From the NCBI GenBank assembly GCA_964016885.1, contig OZ024742.1, forward strand, positions 145,700,001 through 145,764,000: a stretch of 64,000 nucleotides of DNA, given 5' to 3'. The translations under genes and the position numbers were made by a program. Of this stretch, positions 36,650-48,689 are shown one piece after another (the first letter of the stretch is position 1; every line of letters begins with the position of its first letter). This DNA comes from Eledone cirrhosa (Eukaryota). Under the pieces are notes generated by a model, which was not told the DNA's origin, did no database searches, and saw only the letters and a program-made list of their open reading frames with translations.

Positions 36650-37833
36650 CCACAACAAATTAGCAAACCATACTCAAGGACGCGCATTTCACTAAACAAG
36701 TTTTTAACCCGTGTATATCCTTTTTAAGTATAATTATAAGGCCTTCGGATACTTTAGGGCATTCTAATTGTTAATTTTAAATTTTTAAAGTTATAATTGT
36801 AATTACTTTCTAAATTATATAATGATTATTATTTTTTAATATAAAATCTCTTTAATATAAATTTTTTTAAATATAATTTAATATGGATTACCTTCGGGAT
36901 GAAGAAAATATTAAGTCTCTTCTTTCTCATGTTTGCAAATACTTTAAATATGATATTATACTATAATATAAATACTTATAAATTTTTATAGCCCGAAATA
37001 TTATACCTTTAGATTAATTCACTATTTTGAACTAACATAAATGATTCGAAATTTAACGATCATCCGGATACGTTTGGATATATATAATTCATTAATAGTC
37101 TATTTCTAATTAACTTAAGGACTTGAAATTAAACCCTCATATAACTACACCCAGATATATTTGATATTTAGATTGATTGAATATTTCTAGATTCGAAATT
37201 ATTCTTTCACAATTATTCTTTATATATATATATTTGCATCATCTAATTATCCACGACAATACAAATCTCCCTCCCTATGCTTTATACTATAAAAATTATT
37301 CTTCCTTGTCTCTCTATCCTTAATCAATTCTCTTTTGGTTTCGTGCATAAAATATTTCTATACTTCTAGTAACTATCTTTTTCCTCATCTGTTTCTCTCT
37401 CTGTCTTTCTTTTTTCTTCAATAATTTAAATTATTTGAATCTCAAACAGTTATGTAAATTGCTATTATGTATTTTTATAAGCTTTCTCACATGCACCCTC
37501 TGTATTATATGTAATTTTTTCATGTTTCAATCTTAAGGTATATAAATATTGAGTTCTGTCATATCTTATTCACTGCCATGACTGAATCTTAACCATCTAC
37601 TAAGTCAGGGTATGTCATGCATCATCTTATTTTATCTGATGAGGACGTACTGTTGAAGATAGCTCAGTACCTCTGAAATATGTATAATAAAATATACTTG
37701 ATCACACGAATGTCTATTTTTGTTAATATTTTGAATTAATATTAATAACTCCGGAAAACCATTACTGTGGAGTGCTTCCAATCTATTGTAAAATTCATTC
37801 TTTGATTTATTCATTGAACCTTGTTTAACCTTT
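36650..37833 (+). mobile_element. Non-coding 3' part of the same Penelope-like family as 29508-34640, including the tail
   Basis: Colinear homology with ~33780-34640. Extends a further ~90 bp, and its last 64 bp are the reverse-complement homolog of 29509-29572. Confidence 0.75.
37628..37694 (+). ncRNA. Minimal type I hammerhead ribozyme
   Basis: Same core and stems as 34529-34595; differences fall in loop II. Confidence 0.82.
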
Positions 37834-37871
37834 ATATATATATACATGCACACACATATATATATATATAT

Positions 37872-37920
<49 letters not shown>

Positions 37921-38119
37921 TAAAATAACAGATTAAAGTTTAAGCAAAGAATCGCTGCTTTCACCCTTAACGGGATCTTCTGAAACTAACAAAGTCAATC
38001 TGTAAACGCAGAACTGGATATTTCAAAAAATATTTGCTCTACGGTTCTTATATATTTGATATATATTTATCCTTATCGAGCCCTCTTTGGATTTTAGTCT
38101 TCAAATTTATTATTATTAC

Positions 38120-38152
<33 letters not shown>

Positions 38153-38169
38153 TATATATATTAATCTTG

Positions 38170-38490
38170 GCCTTGCAATCGAAAGATTGTGAGTTCAATC
38201 CTCAGACCGGGTGATGTGTTGTTTCCTTGAGCAAGACACTTTATTTCACATTGCTCCAGTTTACTCAGCTGTAGAAATGAGATGATAGGGACTGGGGTCC
38301 ATATCATTCCACTACAAAGTGGTCGTGGAGGTGCCACGGCAAAAAAAGCACCCAGCACTCACTGTAAATGAGGTTGGTGTTAGGAAGGGCATCCAGCTGT
38401 AGAAATCAAGCCAGAATCAGTTCCCGTCCCACCCTTGCAAGCAGGGAAAAAGCGGACGTAAAATGAAATGATGATGATGATGATGATGAG
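38170..38490 (+). mobile_element. SINE family 1 copy
   Basis: Reverse-complement homolog of 25320-25656. Confidence 0.85.
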
Positions 38491-38697
38491 GATATCAGAT
38501 AGGATGTGGTAAAAACCATCTAGACCATAACCCACCAGAGTACTCGATACTTGGTGCAGTAGAGTGAAGCTCAGCCGTCAGGGCCCTGAATCTTTTCATA
38601 TATATATATATATGTATATATAAATATATATATATATACTTTCCAGCCCGATTAGTTGAGCACTCTACAGTTTTCAGGAATTTAACCAACATACACC

Positions 38698-40830
38698 ATG
38701 GACCTTTATGATTTGGATTATTCTATCAAAAACATACCCACTCCTTCCAACACAATATACACCAAAATCCTCATTGATACAATCGAGCAAGTCGTTAAAA
38801 GAATGAGATGGAAGGCAATGGTTTACGATGGACTATTCAGTGCTGATACTAAAGATAATTTTGACATTAAATCCCGTAAATATCCACCTAGAATTAAAGA
38901 CATGGCCAACTTCGAATTAGACCTCGTTAATCTAATTAGTGATATCAAATTTCGTAAGTACAATAATAATTTTCAAACTAAACTTTCTCACGATATCTCT
39001 AATTTTAGAAATTCTACAAACACTTTCGTTCTTTCTGATAAAACCAAAAACCTCTTTGAAGTTAATAGTAATTTGTATAACCAACTTTTAACTAATAGTA
39101 TTACCAATAAATATCAATTAACTAATAATAATAGCTACAATACTATCAATAAAGAAGCTAAAGAACTAGCTAGTTCTTTACAAATAGATAACCGGATTGA
39201 AAGCTTAGCTAAGCGTAAAGCATATATTACCCTTAAAGACCATAAATTGGACTTTACTAATCGACCTAGTTGTAGACTGATTAACCCGGCTAAATCCGAG
39301 GTTGGCCTTGCTAGTAAGAAAATCTTAAGAAAAATAATTCTCCAAATTAGAACTAACACTGCCCTTTCACAGTGGCTAAATACTTCCTCTGTTATTTCTT
39401 GGTTCAATAATATACAAGGTAAAAATAAGTGTAGATTTACGCAATTTGATATTGTCGATTTTTACCCTTCTATTACCGTTTCCTTATTAACTAAAGCCTT
39501 AGATTTTGCAAGACCCTTCATTAATATCTCCAAATTAGAAGAGGACATTATCTTTCATGCCAGAAAAACTTTACTTTTTACTAATGATAATATTTGGGTT
39601 AAAAAGTCAAACCCTGAAAACTCTTTCGATGTTGCAATGGGTTCTTATGACAGTGCGGATGTGTGCGACTTAGTAGGATTATTCCTTCTCCACACACTCA
39701 AAGAGAAATTTCCGTCCCATAATATCGGTTTATACCGTGATGACGGATTAGCAGTTTCTCATACCACCAATGGCCATAATCTTGATAAATTCCGTAAAGA
39801 TTTAATTAGTACCTTTGCTAACCTTAACCTTAAAATTACTATAGATACGAACCTTACTAATGCTAACTTTCTTGATATTAATCTTGATCTACTTACTGCC
39901 TCTTTTAAACCCTATCATAAACCTAATGAAAATCTTAGGTATATACACAAAGAGTCTTGCCATCCCCCTATAGTTTTTAATAATCTTATTCCTAACATTA
40001 GCCGTAGGATTTCTACTTTATCTTCGTCTATAGACATTTTTAATAAAGCCGCCCCTTATTATAATAAAGCCCTTAAGAACAGCGGTTTTACAGAAAATAT
40101 TTCTTATTTACCTACTCCCCCCCCTAAAACTAACCATAATAACAGGAAAAGGAAGATTATTTGGTTCACACCCCCCTTCTCTCTAAATGTCAAAACTAAT
40201 GTAGGAAGGAAATTCCTTGAACTATTAGACAAACATTTTCCTCCTATTCATAGATATTATAAGATTTTTAATAGGAATGTAGTTAAGATCAGCTACTCTT
40301 GTTGTCCATCCATGAAATCCAAAATCACCAGTTCAAACCGTACGAGGATAAATCCAGGATGCAGTTGCAGGAAGCCGGATGAATGCCCATTGCAGGGTAA
40401 ATGTAACACAAAATCTGTCGTTTATGAGGCTAAAATAACGCCAGTTATCAACAACCAGCCAGCCAGAAGCGAGCGATATGTCGGTATGACCCAGGACAGG
40501 TTTAAAACCAGATTTTACTCACATGTCGCTTCTTTTAAACACTCAGATAAACGAACATCAACGGCCCTCGCAAGTAAGGTATGGGATCTCAAGGATAGTA
40601 ATATCCCGTACTCTATTGATTGGTCTATATTAGACCATTCGAGGGAGTACCAAAGGGGCACAAAGAATTGTTCTTTGTGTACCACAGAAAAGTATAGGAT
40701 TTTGCTAAACTTGAGAGACACTTCCGCTTGCCTTAACTCTAAGACTGAGATCTTCAGATGCTGTCCTCATCTGAAATCGCATCTGATCTGTAACTGGATT
40801 GACACTCCTACGATAAATCAACCGCCTTGA
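38698..40830 (+). CDS. Intact Penelope-like RT + C-terminal GIY-YIG endonuclease, 710 aa (probably Naiad-type)
   Basis: N-terminal [10 protein letters not shown]...KRMRWKA. RT motifs [39 protein letters not shown] and FLDINL. CxCx5Cx5C linker. Endonuclease VVYEA...[13 protein letters not shown], then CSLC..EK...LNSKTE...CPH. Confidence 0.95.
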   Translation: MDLYDLDYSIKNIPTPSNTIYTKILIDTIEQVVKRMRWKAMVYDGLFSADTKDNFDIKSRKYPPRIKDMANFELDLVNLISDIKFRKYNNNFQTKLSHDISNFRNSTNTFVLSDKTKNLFEVNSNLYNQLLTNSITNKYQLTNNNSYNTINKEAKELASSLQIDNRIESLAKRKAYITLKDHKLDFTNRPSCRLINPAKSEVGLASKKILRKIILQIRTNTALSQWLNTSSVISWFNNIQGKNKCRFTQFDIVDFYPSITVSLLTKALDFARPFINISKLEEDIIFHARKTLLFTNDNIWVKKSNPENSFDVAMGSYDSADVCDLVGLFLLHTLKEKFPSHNIGLYRDDGLAVSHTTNGHNLDKFRKDLISTFANLNLKITIDTNLTNANFLDINLDLLTASFKPYHKPNENLRYIHKESCHPPIVFNNLIPNISRRISTLSSSIDIFNKAAPYYNKALKNSGFTENISYLPTPPPKTNHNNRKRKIIWFTPPFSLNVKTNVGRKFLELLDKHFPPIHRYYKIFNRNVVKISYSCCPSMKSKITSSNRTRINPGCSCRKPDECPLQGKCNTKSVVYEAKITPVINNQPARSERYVGMTQDRFKTRFYSHVASFKHSDKRTSTALASKVWDLKDSNIPYSIDWSILDHSREYQRGTKNCSLCTTEKYRILLNLRDTSACLNSKTEIFRCCPHLKSHLICNWIDTPTINQPP

Positions 40831-41122
40831 ACTCCTTCTCTGCTCTTTACTTTTGCTACGGCTTTTATTTTGCTGCTTCTACCTTCTGTACTCTTGTATT
40901 TAAAAAAATTTTTTCTCCCTTACCTCCCCTTATATTTTTACCTCCTCTTAGCCCCCCCCCCCCCATATATTCTTTTTGTTTTGCCCTTCACATACCTATG
41001 TGTATGTGTATGTATTTTTGTGTGTATATATGTATATGTGTACGTATATGTTTGTGTATGTATATATATGTGTATGTATGTATGTATATGTATGTGTGTG
41101 TATATATGTGTATGTATATGTG

Positions 41123-41214
<92 letters not shown>

Positions 41215-41288
41215 CGTGTCTGTATGTGTGTATATATTTGTATATTTGTGTGTGTATATGTATGTATATGTGGATAAACCAGGGCTTT

Positions 41289-41348
41289 TTTTCATTCTGT
41301 AGATTGAAGGAAACTTTTTTTGCTTTTAAGAAACCTCTGGTGAATGGA
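41289..41348 (+). ncRNA. Degenerate hammerhead, probably inactive
   Basis: ttcatt-CTGTAGA-...-GAAA-cctctgg-TG-aatgga. Core and cleavage-site substitutions relative to 42826-42885. Confidence 0.55.
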
Positions 41349-41799
41349 TTAATTGCCTTGTATGGCTTTATTACTTTACTACTATATATACGTTTATGTA
41401 AGGTTCATTTGTCTTATCTAATACTGAGCTTTACACATACACACATGTATATGTGTGTGTGTATGTGTATGCATGTGTGTATGTGTACGTGTATGTGTGT
41501 ATATATATATATATATATTTATATATATGTATGTGTATATATATATATATGTATGTGTATAAATGTATATGTGTATATGTATGTGTATGTATGTATATGT
41601 TGCGTGTGTTTTTATTTATTTTTATGCATGTGTGGGTTTGTGTGTGTGTGTGTGTGTGTATATATGTGTGTGTGTTTGTATTTGGTTGTGCGTTCTTTTG
41701 ATATATACGTATTTGCATGTGTATAATTGTTTAGCTATGTATGTATATGTGTGTTTACGTATTTATATGTGTGTGTGCGTTTATATTTTTATATTTTTG

Positions 41800-41864
<65 letters not shown>

Positions 41865-42355
41865 GTGTGTGTGTGTGTATATAATTACATATACATATGT
41901 GTGTGTTTATATTGTATACGTGTACGTGTTTGCGTATGTATGTGTATGTACGTGTTTATGTATTTGTATATGTATATTTATGTGTGAGAGTGTGTGTATG
42001 TGTTTACTATTTCGAACGTATGTATATATGCTTATGTGTGTATTACTTACCACGCGTGTCTGTCCTGTTAGCTGGGGCATGTATCGCTGTCAAATATTTG
42101 TTAATATTATTTATATATTTTTTTCTTATATTTATTTGCGTGTGTTAATATGTAGTGGAGTGCATTCATGTATGTGTATGTATGTACGTTGTATGTTTGT
42201 GTGAATGTATGTATATGTGTGTGTATATATATGTGTGTGTGTATGTGTAGGCTTGTACACACACATGTGTGTGTGTGTGTATGTATATGTGTATATGTGT
42301 GTATATGTATGTATGTATATGTATGTATATATATATATGTATATATGTATGGATA

Positions 42356-42387
<32 letters not shown>

Positions 42388-42434
42388 GATATGTACATGT
42401 GTATATATATGTGTGTGTGTATGTGTGTGTGTGT

Positions 42435-42476
<42 letters not shown>

Positions 42477-42825
42477 ATGAATATATGTATGTGTATATGT
42501 GTGTATATATGTGTATGTGTGTGTAGGTGTACGCTCTTTATATATATATGTATATATATATACATATGTATATATATGTAAGTATATGTATATATATATA
42601 TATATATATATTATATATGTGTGTATGTGTATATGTGTATGCGTGCAAATTATATGTGTATATATGTGTGTGTGTGTAAGTATGCTTTTGTGTTTTTTTG
42701 TGTGTGTTTGCATGTGTAGTTTTATTTTATTTTATTTTTCCTTTCCTTCTCCCTTTTCCAGCCTCACTTTCATATAGATTGCATTTTTGTTTTTAGAATC
42801 CATATTCAATAAACAAACCAGGATT

Positions 42826-42885
42826 TTTCATTCTGAGGATTGAAAGCAAAACCTTTTGCTTTTAAGAAACCACTGGTAAATGGAA
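42826..42885 (+). ncRNA. Type I hammerhead ribozyme, intact core
   Basis: tttcatt-CTGAGGA-ttgaaagcaaa-acct-tttgcttttaa-GAAA-cc-act-gg-TA-aatggaa. Confidence 0.87.
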
Positions 42886-42984
42886 TAATTGCCTTATGTT
42901 GTTTATTACATAATAATAATAATTAAGCTCTGTTGCTTACATAGAGCACTCTTTTTTCCTGGACTTTTCCGATGGAATTACTTC

Positions 42985-43053
<69 letters not shown>

Positions 43054-43059
43054 TATATA

Positions 43060-43172
43060 AGGAGATGAAAAGCAAAGTTAACCTCGACGGGATATGAACT
43101 CAGAATGTAAAGGGCCGTAACTCTATGTTGCAAAGTATGGCGTCTGACCCCCAACCAACACTGCCAATCCAC
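43060..43172 (-). mobile_element. SINE family 2, partial
   Basis: Head and B-box region homologous to 16958-17070. Confidence 0.7.
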
Positions 43173-43174
43173 GT

Positions 43175-44570
43175 CATAGTACATAGAATAATGTATAAAG
43201 GTCAAGAAAGTGAACAGTGCATGTGTATGGAGGAGAAATATTAGATGTAGTGTTGATGAATTTCAGGAAGCATGGAAGTTTTGAGGGATGCAGTGTCCTG
43301 ACAGCTAACAACTGATGCAAGTAGTTTGTTCCATGCTTCAGCAACTCTGAGCATGAAAAAATGTTTCCAAAAGTCATGGGAGCTATACCGTTTTCTGATT
43401 TTGTATGTCCATGGGTGTTAGGTATATGGAATTCAAAATGGTGCCCAAGATTGTTGTTGGCAAGAGGGTTAATAATGTTGTGGGTGTTTACCAAGTCAGT
43501 TGCCAGATGTCAGAGCTTTAATGTATCCATGCCCAGGGAAGCAAGGCATTCAGGGTATGGTAGATACCTGATGGAGGGTATTTGTTTGGTTGCAAGTTTC
43601 TAAACAGTTTCCAGATCAATATTCTGAGTAAGATAGGGGTTCTAGACTTGTGATGCAAATTCAAACTGTGGATGCACCATAGCTATATACAGCTTTAGAT
43701 AGCTGGAGAGCGGCTGACAAAGGTCTTACTGAGTGATGCTAAAACATCCTTGGATTTCTTGACAATTTTAAAGATGTGCTTTGTCCAACATAAATCGCTG
43801 CTGACAGTAATGCCTAGGTCACATTCACAAGAAGACTTCTTGAGATTTGTATTGTGCAGGGAGTATGTGAAAGTTTGGGTTTTTACTCTCAAAATGCATG
43901 GTGGTACACTTGTCCACAGCCAGCTTGAATTGCGAGTCCATAATCCATTGCTGCATTGTGTTCGGGTCTGATTGCAGGATCTGTCCCTTTTATCTTAAGG
44001 TACAGCTTGATGTCATCTACATATTTCAGCACTGTGATATTCTTCAAGTTGGCATCTATGTCATTAATATATGCAACAAACAAAAGGGCACCAAGAATAG
44101 ATCCCTATGGCACACCACATGTCATCTCATAGGGTGAAGAATGCTGTCCTAGAACTACAACTTTTTTAGACTGAGAATGAAGGACTTTAACCAGTTATAA
44201 AGATTATCTCTCACACCCATTGCAGAGAGTTTTGCCATAAGTCTTTTGTGTGACACAGAATTAAAAGCTTTAGTAAAGTCAAAATAAATAACTGTTTCTA
44301 CTTTAGGCACAAGGCCAGCAATTACCCAGTTCATTACTGGTACTTTATTTTATCGACCCCGTAAGGATGAAAGGCAAAATCAACCTCGGCGGGATTTGAA
44401 CTCAGATCGTAAAGGGACGTAACTATTCTGGAAAGCATGGCGTCCGACCCTCTACCGATACTGCCAGTCCACCAAGTCAAAATAAATAACATCCACCCAT
44501 GAGCCACTATGAGTGATTCGGGTAATGTCTTCAAGAAACTCGATGAACTGGGCACAGCAGCTGGAATTAG
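43175..44570 (-). mobile_element. CR1 LINE RT/3' fragment, interrupted by a SINE family 2 copy at ~44293-44473
   Basis: YFDFTKAFNSVSH, GVP*GSILG, YINDID...KYVDDIKLY, DLGITVSSDL.W. SINE TSD aagtcaaaataaataac. Confidence 0.88.
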
Positions 44571-45753
44571 GGATTTACTAATGGGATGATGCCATACATG
44601 AATTACAATTGTCTGTATTATATTTATCTTGGTTGACTGGTACTGGAGCTTTCCAAGACCAAGGATGCTGGAAACTAATCATCCAGTGAAGATTTTTATT
44701 TTATGTATAACAACATACATGCACACATGTCTCACTGTAAGCTGAAGACACAACCAACACCCTAGTGTTGTAGGCTGGTGCCAGAAAATCCTCCCAGATA
44801 CTTGGTAAAGTTATAACGTTGGTGCCCCAATAAAATGCTCCCAAAGTGGAAGTACTGGTGCCATGATAAAAAGCACCCAGTTAACCCTATAAGCTGATTA
44901 TGTTGGGCCACAATTATAAGTACACAGCCCACACTATAAAGTAGTAATATTAGGGCCGTGATAAAAAGCACTTAGTTTACTCTGCAAAGTGTTAGTGCTG
45001 GTGACGTATATGTATCTATGACTATGTGTGAATGTGTGTATGCACTTGTCGTCACATGGTACCATGGGCCCAGCACTATGTGTCAATAATTGTCACAAGT
45101 GTAGTGTTTGTACCAGAGTTTTCAAGTCGCTGGCTGGATTAAAAAGTCACACTTGTTCAGCGCATTGGTAGGAGTTCGCCTACATGGATATAAAGAAGTG
45201 GCCGTACTCGAAAACGAGTTGGCAGCCACCATATAAACATGAAGATGTGTGCATGTGTCTATCATCGTCTTAAGTACTGTAAACATCGCTGTTATTGTAT
45301 TTAATGTTGTTTTTGTCGGGGTAGCATTGCCTCGGTTAACCTAAGTAGACGCTGAACAGAGATCATAAAACAAAAACTTTGAACTGCCTTTATCACCAGA
45401 CATAAAGACACCTGTCTGAAAACGAAATAATTAAAGAATGCAAATGAACCAATGGACCACATGCTGAGATTAGCGACAAGTCAGTCAAAAACTAGAAAAT
45501 TCTTAAAGACTAGCATAACCAATCAGCAAACTAATACATAAACTACTAGAACTTAACATACAGAAGATCCATATGCAAAACCACTTCACTACTTGATGGA
45601 CGTGCATGGCCACCAGCAAATCAAAATGATTGCACTCAAATCAAAATGATTGCATAAGCATCTGGCGAAGTCACATGAATAACCATGTAACAGAAATATA
45701 TATAATGCAATAAACAATTATGGTGATTTAACCCCGTCTTAACTACCATTATT

Positions 45754-45801
<48 letters not shown>

Positions 45802-45803
<2 letters not shown>

Positions 45804-46227
45804 CGTTTCTGAATTTGTTTAGCAAGATTCTTTATCTGAAATCATGTGTTGAAACCGATATTGTTATACTTTGGGAGGGTCATGTTGCCAATAAGAAACA
45901 CACGCACCAGTTGCTTTCACTTCAATTTATTATATATTGGATGTGGCGCATGCGCAGACTGAGCAGACAACACACACACAGAAACAAAATGGCGTAGGAC
46001 AGAACAAAGGAGAGGCACAGAAACAAAGAAAGGAATCCCCAGTCACTGAAGAGGTCTCAGAGTGTGTGACGAAAGAACTATGACTATATATAAACAACTA
46101 TCTGGTTGTGGAACCAACCAACCAACCAGAAATTTATAAATTTATAAATTTATAAATATATAATAAATTGAAGTGAAAGCAACTGGTGCGTGTATTTCTT
46201 ATTGGCAACATGACCCTCCCAAAGTAT

Positions 46228-46236
<9 letters not shown>
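45802..46236 (+). mobile_element. Non-coding hammerhead-bearing element with 81-bp inverted repeat, in (TA)n
   Basis: Tag 45802-45857 and inverted repeat 45858-45938 / 46155-46235 (one mismatch). Same family as 11327-11715. Confidence 0.75.
46041..46085 (+). ncRNA. Variant hammerhead-like motif
   Basis: agtca-CTGAAGA-g-gtc...gac-GAAA-gaac-TA-tgact, with a perfect 5-bp stem I. Confidence 0.55.
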
Positions 46237-46259
<23 letters not shown>

Positions 46260-47206
46260 CGTCTCAGTGTGTTTGGCCTTTTAACGTATGTTGTTGCTCT
46301 AGTTTACTTGTTTCTCTGGAGCGCTTGCCACAAATCTCGGAAGTTGTTTTTCGCTAATTTCCAATAGCCGAAATGCGATTCTCGCTAATTTATATTTATA
46401 TATATATATATAAAGAGAGAGAGGGGGGTGAAGATAGGCAGGGCCTAGTGAGATGAGACTAGTTGCATCATTTCCAGCTCTATATTAGTAAACTAGAGTC
46501 AATTTCTCTTTTTAGTTAAAAAGTCTTGTAAACTCCTGTAAAAGTCTTGTAAACTCCTGTCCTGTAATGATTTAGCAGAGAATATCTAAAAACAGGTTTG
46601 TTAATTCAAATTTGTATAGTATCTTTACTAATGGACAGATCATTGGGAAAATTTGCAGTAAACTAAAGTAAATGTTGGTAATGCCTTGTTCATGTGGTTT
46701 CATGCAATTGAAGATGTTAAGAGTTAATACTACTAAATAGACTTTTAAGTAAATATAATGATTGAAACATAATTAGGAACTTTTTCACACTGCCCCATAA
46801 TCCAGAATAAAGATTTGTAAATTAATCCATTTAAAATCAAGCATTGCCCCTTCCTCCAAACTTACCAAGTTAAAAAAATGTTTGTATTGTAAAGTTGAGT
46901 CACCTATCTAAATCCAGCAAGTAAAAACCATATAATAAAAATAAATAAAATAAAATATAAACTTAAAACCAGATGGATTAAACTGATAAAGGCTAGGCAT
47001 TTGGGCCATGTAGCTAATAGTGTCAACAACCTTTTCTTAGTTAAAATAGATTTAGTATTAGTATTACTTCATTGTTAAAATAGCTGTGTTAGAAAGGTTA
47101 TCCAGCTTGTTAACGAGTCATGAATTTATCATAAACTAGGCCAAACAAATATTGTATGTTGTAGAATATACTATATGAGGTGTGTTCAAAAAGTATCCAA
47201 CCTTGT

Positions 47207-48090
47207 AATAAAAAGGACAGATCCATAGATCTTGCCTGGACACAATGCAACAATGGATCACGGACTCGCAACTCAAGCTGGCTTTGGACAAGTGTACCAC
47301 CATGCATTTTGGGAGGAAAAACCCAGCGTCCACATACTCCCTCTACAACATTAATATCAAGAAGTCTTCTTGTGAATGTGACCTGGGCATTACCGTCAGC
47401 AGCAATTTGCGTTGGACGAAGCACGTCTCTAAAATTGTCAAGAAGGCAGAGGGTGTCTTAGCATCACCCAGGAAGACCTTTGTCAGCCGCTCTCCAGCTA
47501 TCTATGTAAAGCTGTATATAGCTATGGTGTGGCCACACTTAGAATTTGAATCACCGCCTGGAACCCCTATCTTGCTCAGAACATTGACTACCTGGAAACT
47601 GTTTAGAGACGTGCAACCAAGCAAATACCTTCCATGAGGCATCTCCCATACTCTGAATGTCTGGCAACTGACTTGGTAAACACCCACTAAATTATTAACC
47701 CTCTTGCCAACAACAACCCTGAGCACCTTTTTTATTTCCATGTGTCTAACCCACGTGGGCATGCCAATAAAGTCAGAAAACAGCACAGCTTCCATGACTT
47801 TCGGAAACATTTTTTCATGCTCAGAGTTGCTGAAGCATGGAACAAACTACCTGCATCAGTTGTTAGCTGTCAGGACACTGCATCCTTCAAAGCTACCATG
47901 CTTCCTGAAATTCGTCAACACTACACCTCATATTTCTCCTCCATACACATGCACACATGTATATCATGACTCATACACTATTCACTTCCCTGACATTTGT
48001 ATATTATTCTATGTACTATACATGCACCTTTGATGAGTTGTAGTGCACCTGAGCACTGTACACAATAATTTCATTATTATCATTATTATT
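47207..48090 (+). mobile_element. CR1 LINE 3' end
   Basis: MQQWITDSQLKLALDKC...DLGITVSSNL...PHLEF, then RGHANK...FRKHFFMLRVAEAWNKLP and an (ATT)n tail. Confidence 0.9.
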
Positions 48091-48689
48091 TAAAATAAAA
48101 ACAGGAGTTTTGCAATGGAGTTCCATTGTCACTTTTCTCATAATTTCCTCTTGTGACTCAATTCACTTCCATTTCAATGTGGTTTTTGGATTGGGAAAGA
48201 GCCAGAAGTCACACAGTGCCAAGTGATGTGTTGTTCTTGACCAGGAAAGCTTGGATTATGTGGGCGGAATGAGCAGGCACATTATTATGGTGAAGTTGCC
48301 AATTCTTCATCGCTCACATGTCTGGTCCCTTTCAATGCACAGATTCTCCATGCCTATCATAAACAAACCACTTAGATAAAATTATCTGCAAATAAAATCA
48401 TTTAACCAATGCCAAAATAATATTTAAAAAAAGAAAATAGAAAAGTGACTTTGTAATGGTTTTACTGATTTAGTATCTTACCAAGGTGGTGAACTAGCAG
48501 AGCTGTAAAGGCTTCAGATAAAATGTTTTTCAGTATTCATTCTGGTTCTCTGCACAGAGTTCAAATCCCCACTCACCAATGCAAGCATGGCAAAACAAAT
48601 TGTAAAATGGTGGCAGTGGGGATGAAGATGGATATCTATACTGGGTCCCTCACCCACTATATTCCTCTTAAGTCTCTATCTAACACTCT

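Larger units (their letters stand above)
38639..42988 (+). mobile_element. Putative full-length Penelope-like element in (TA)n
   Basis: (TA)n, a short leader with GAGCACTCTACAG, the ORF, then a microsatellite-rich 3' region with two hammerhead repeats (~41275-41385 and ~42814-42910), a tail and (TA)n. Confidence 0.7.

Noticed and set aside
40828-40830. TGA as selenocysteine (reported for some Naiad elements)
   Set aside because: This TGA lies after the final CxH motif at the expected C-terminus. All conserved Cys positions are normal Cys codons, and I recognised no SECIS.
40827-42777. Many YI/CV/HT-rich ORFs (also 53279-55802, 25830-26675, 11156-11470)
   Set aside because: Dinucleotide microsatellite artefacts.
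45045-45750. Possible LTR remnant (TG start, TATA-like box, TAGCGACAAG)
   Set aside because: No second LTR, TSD or recognisable gag/pol sequence.
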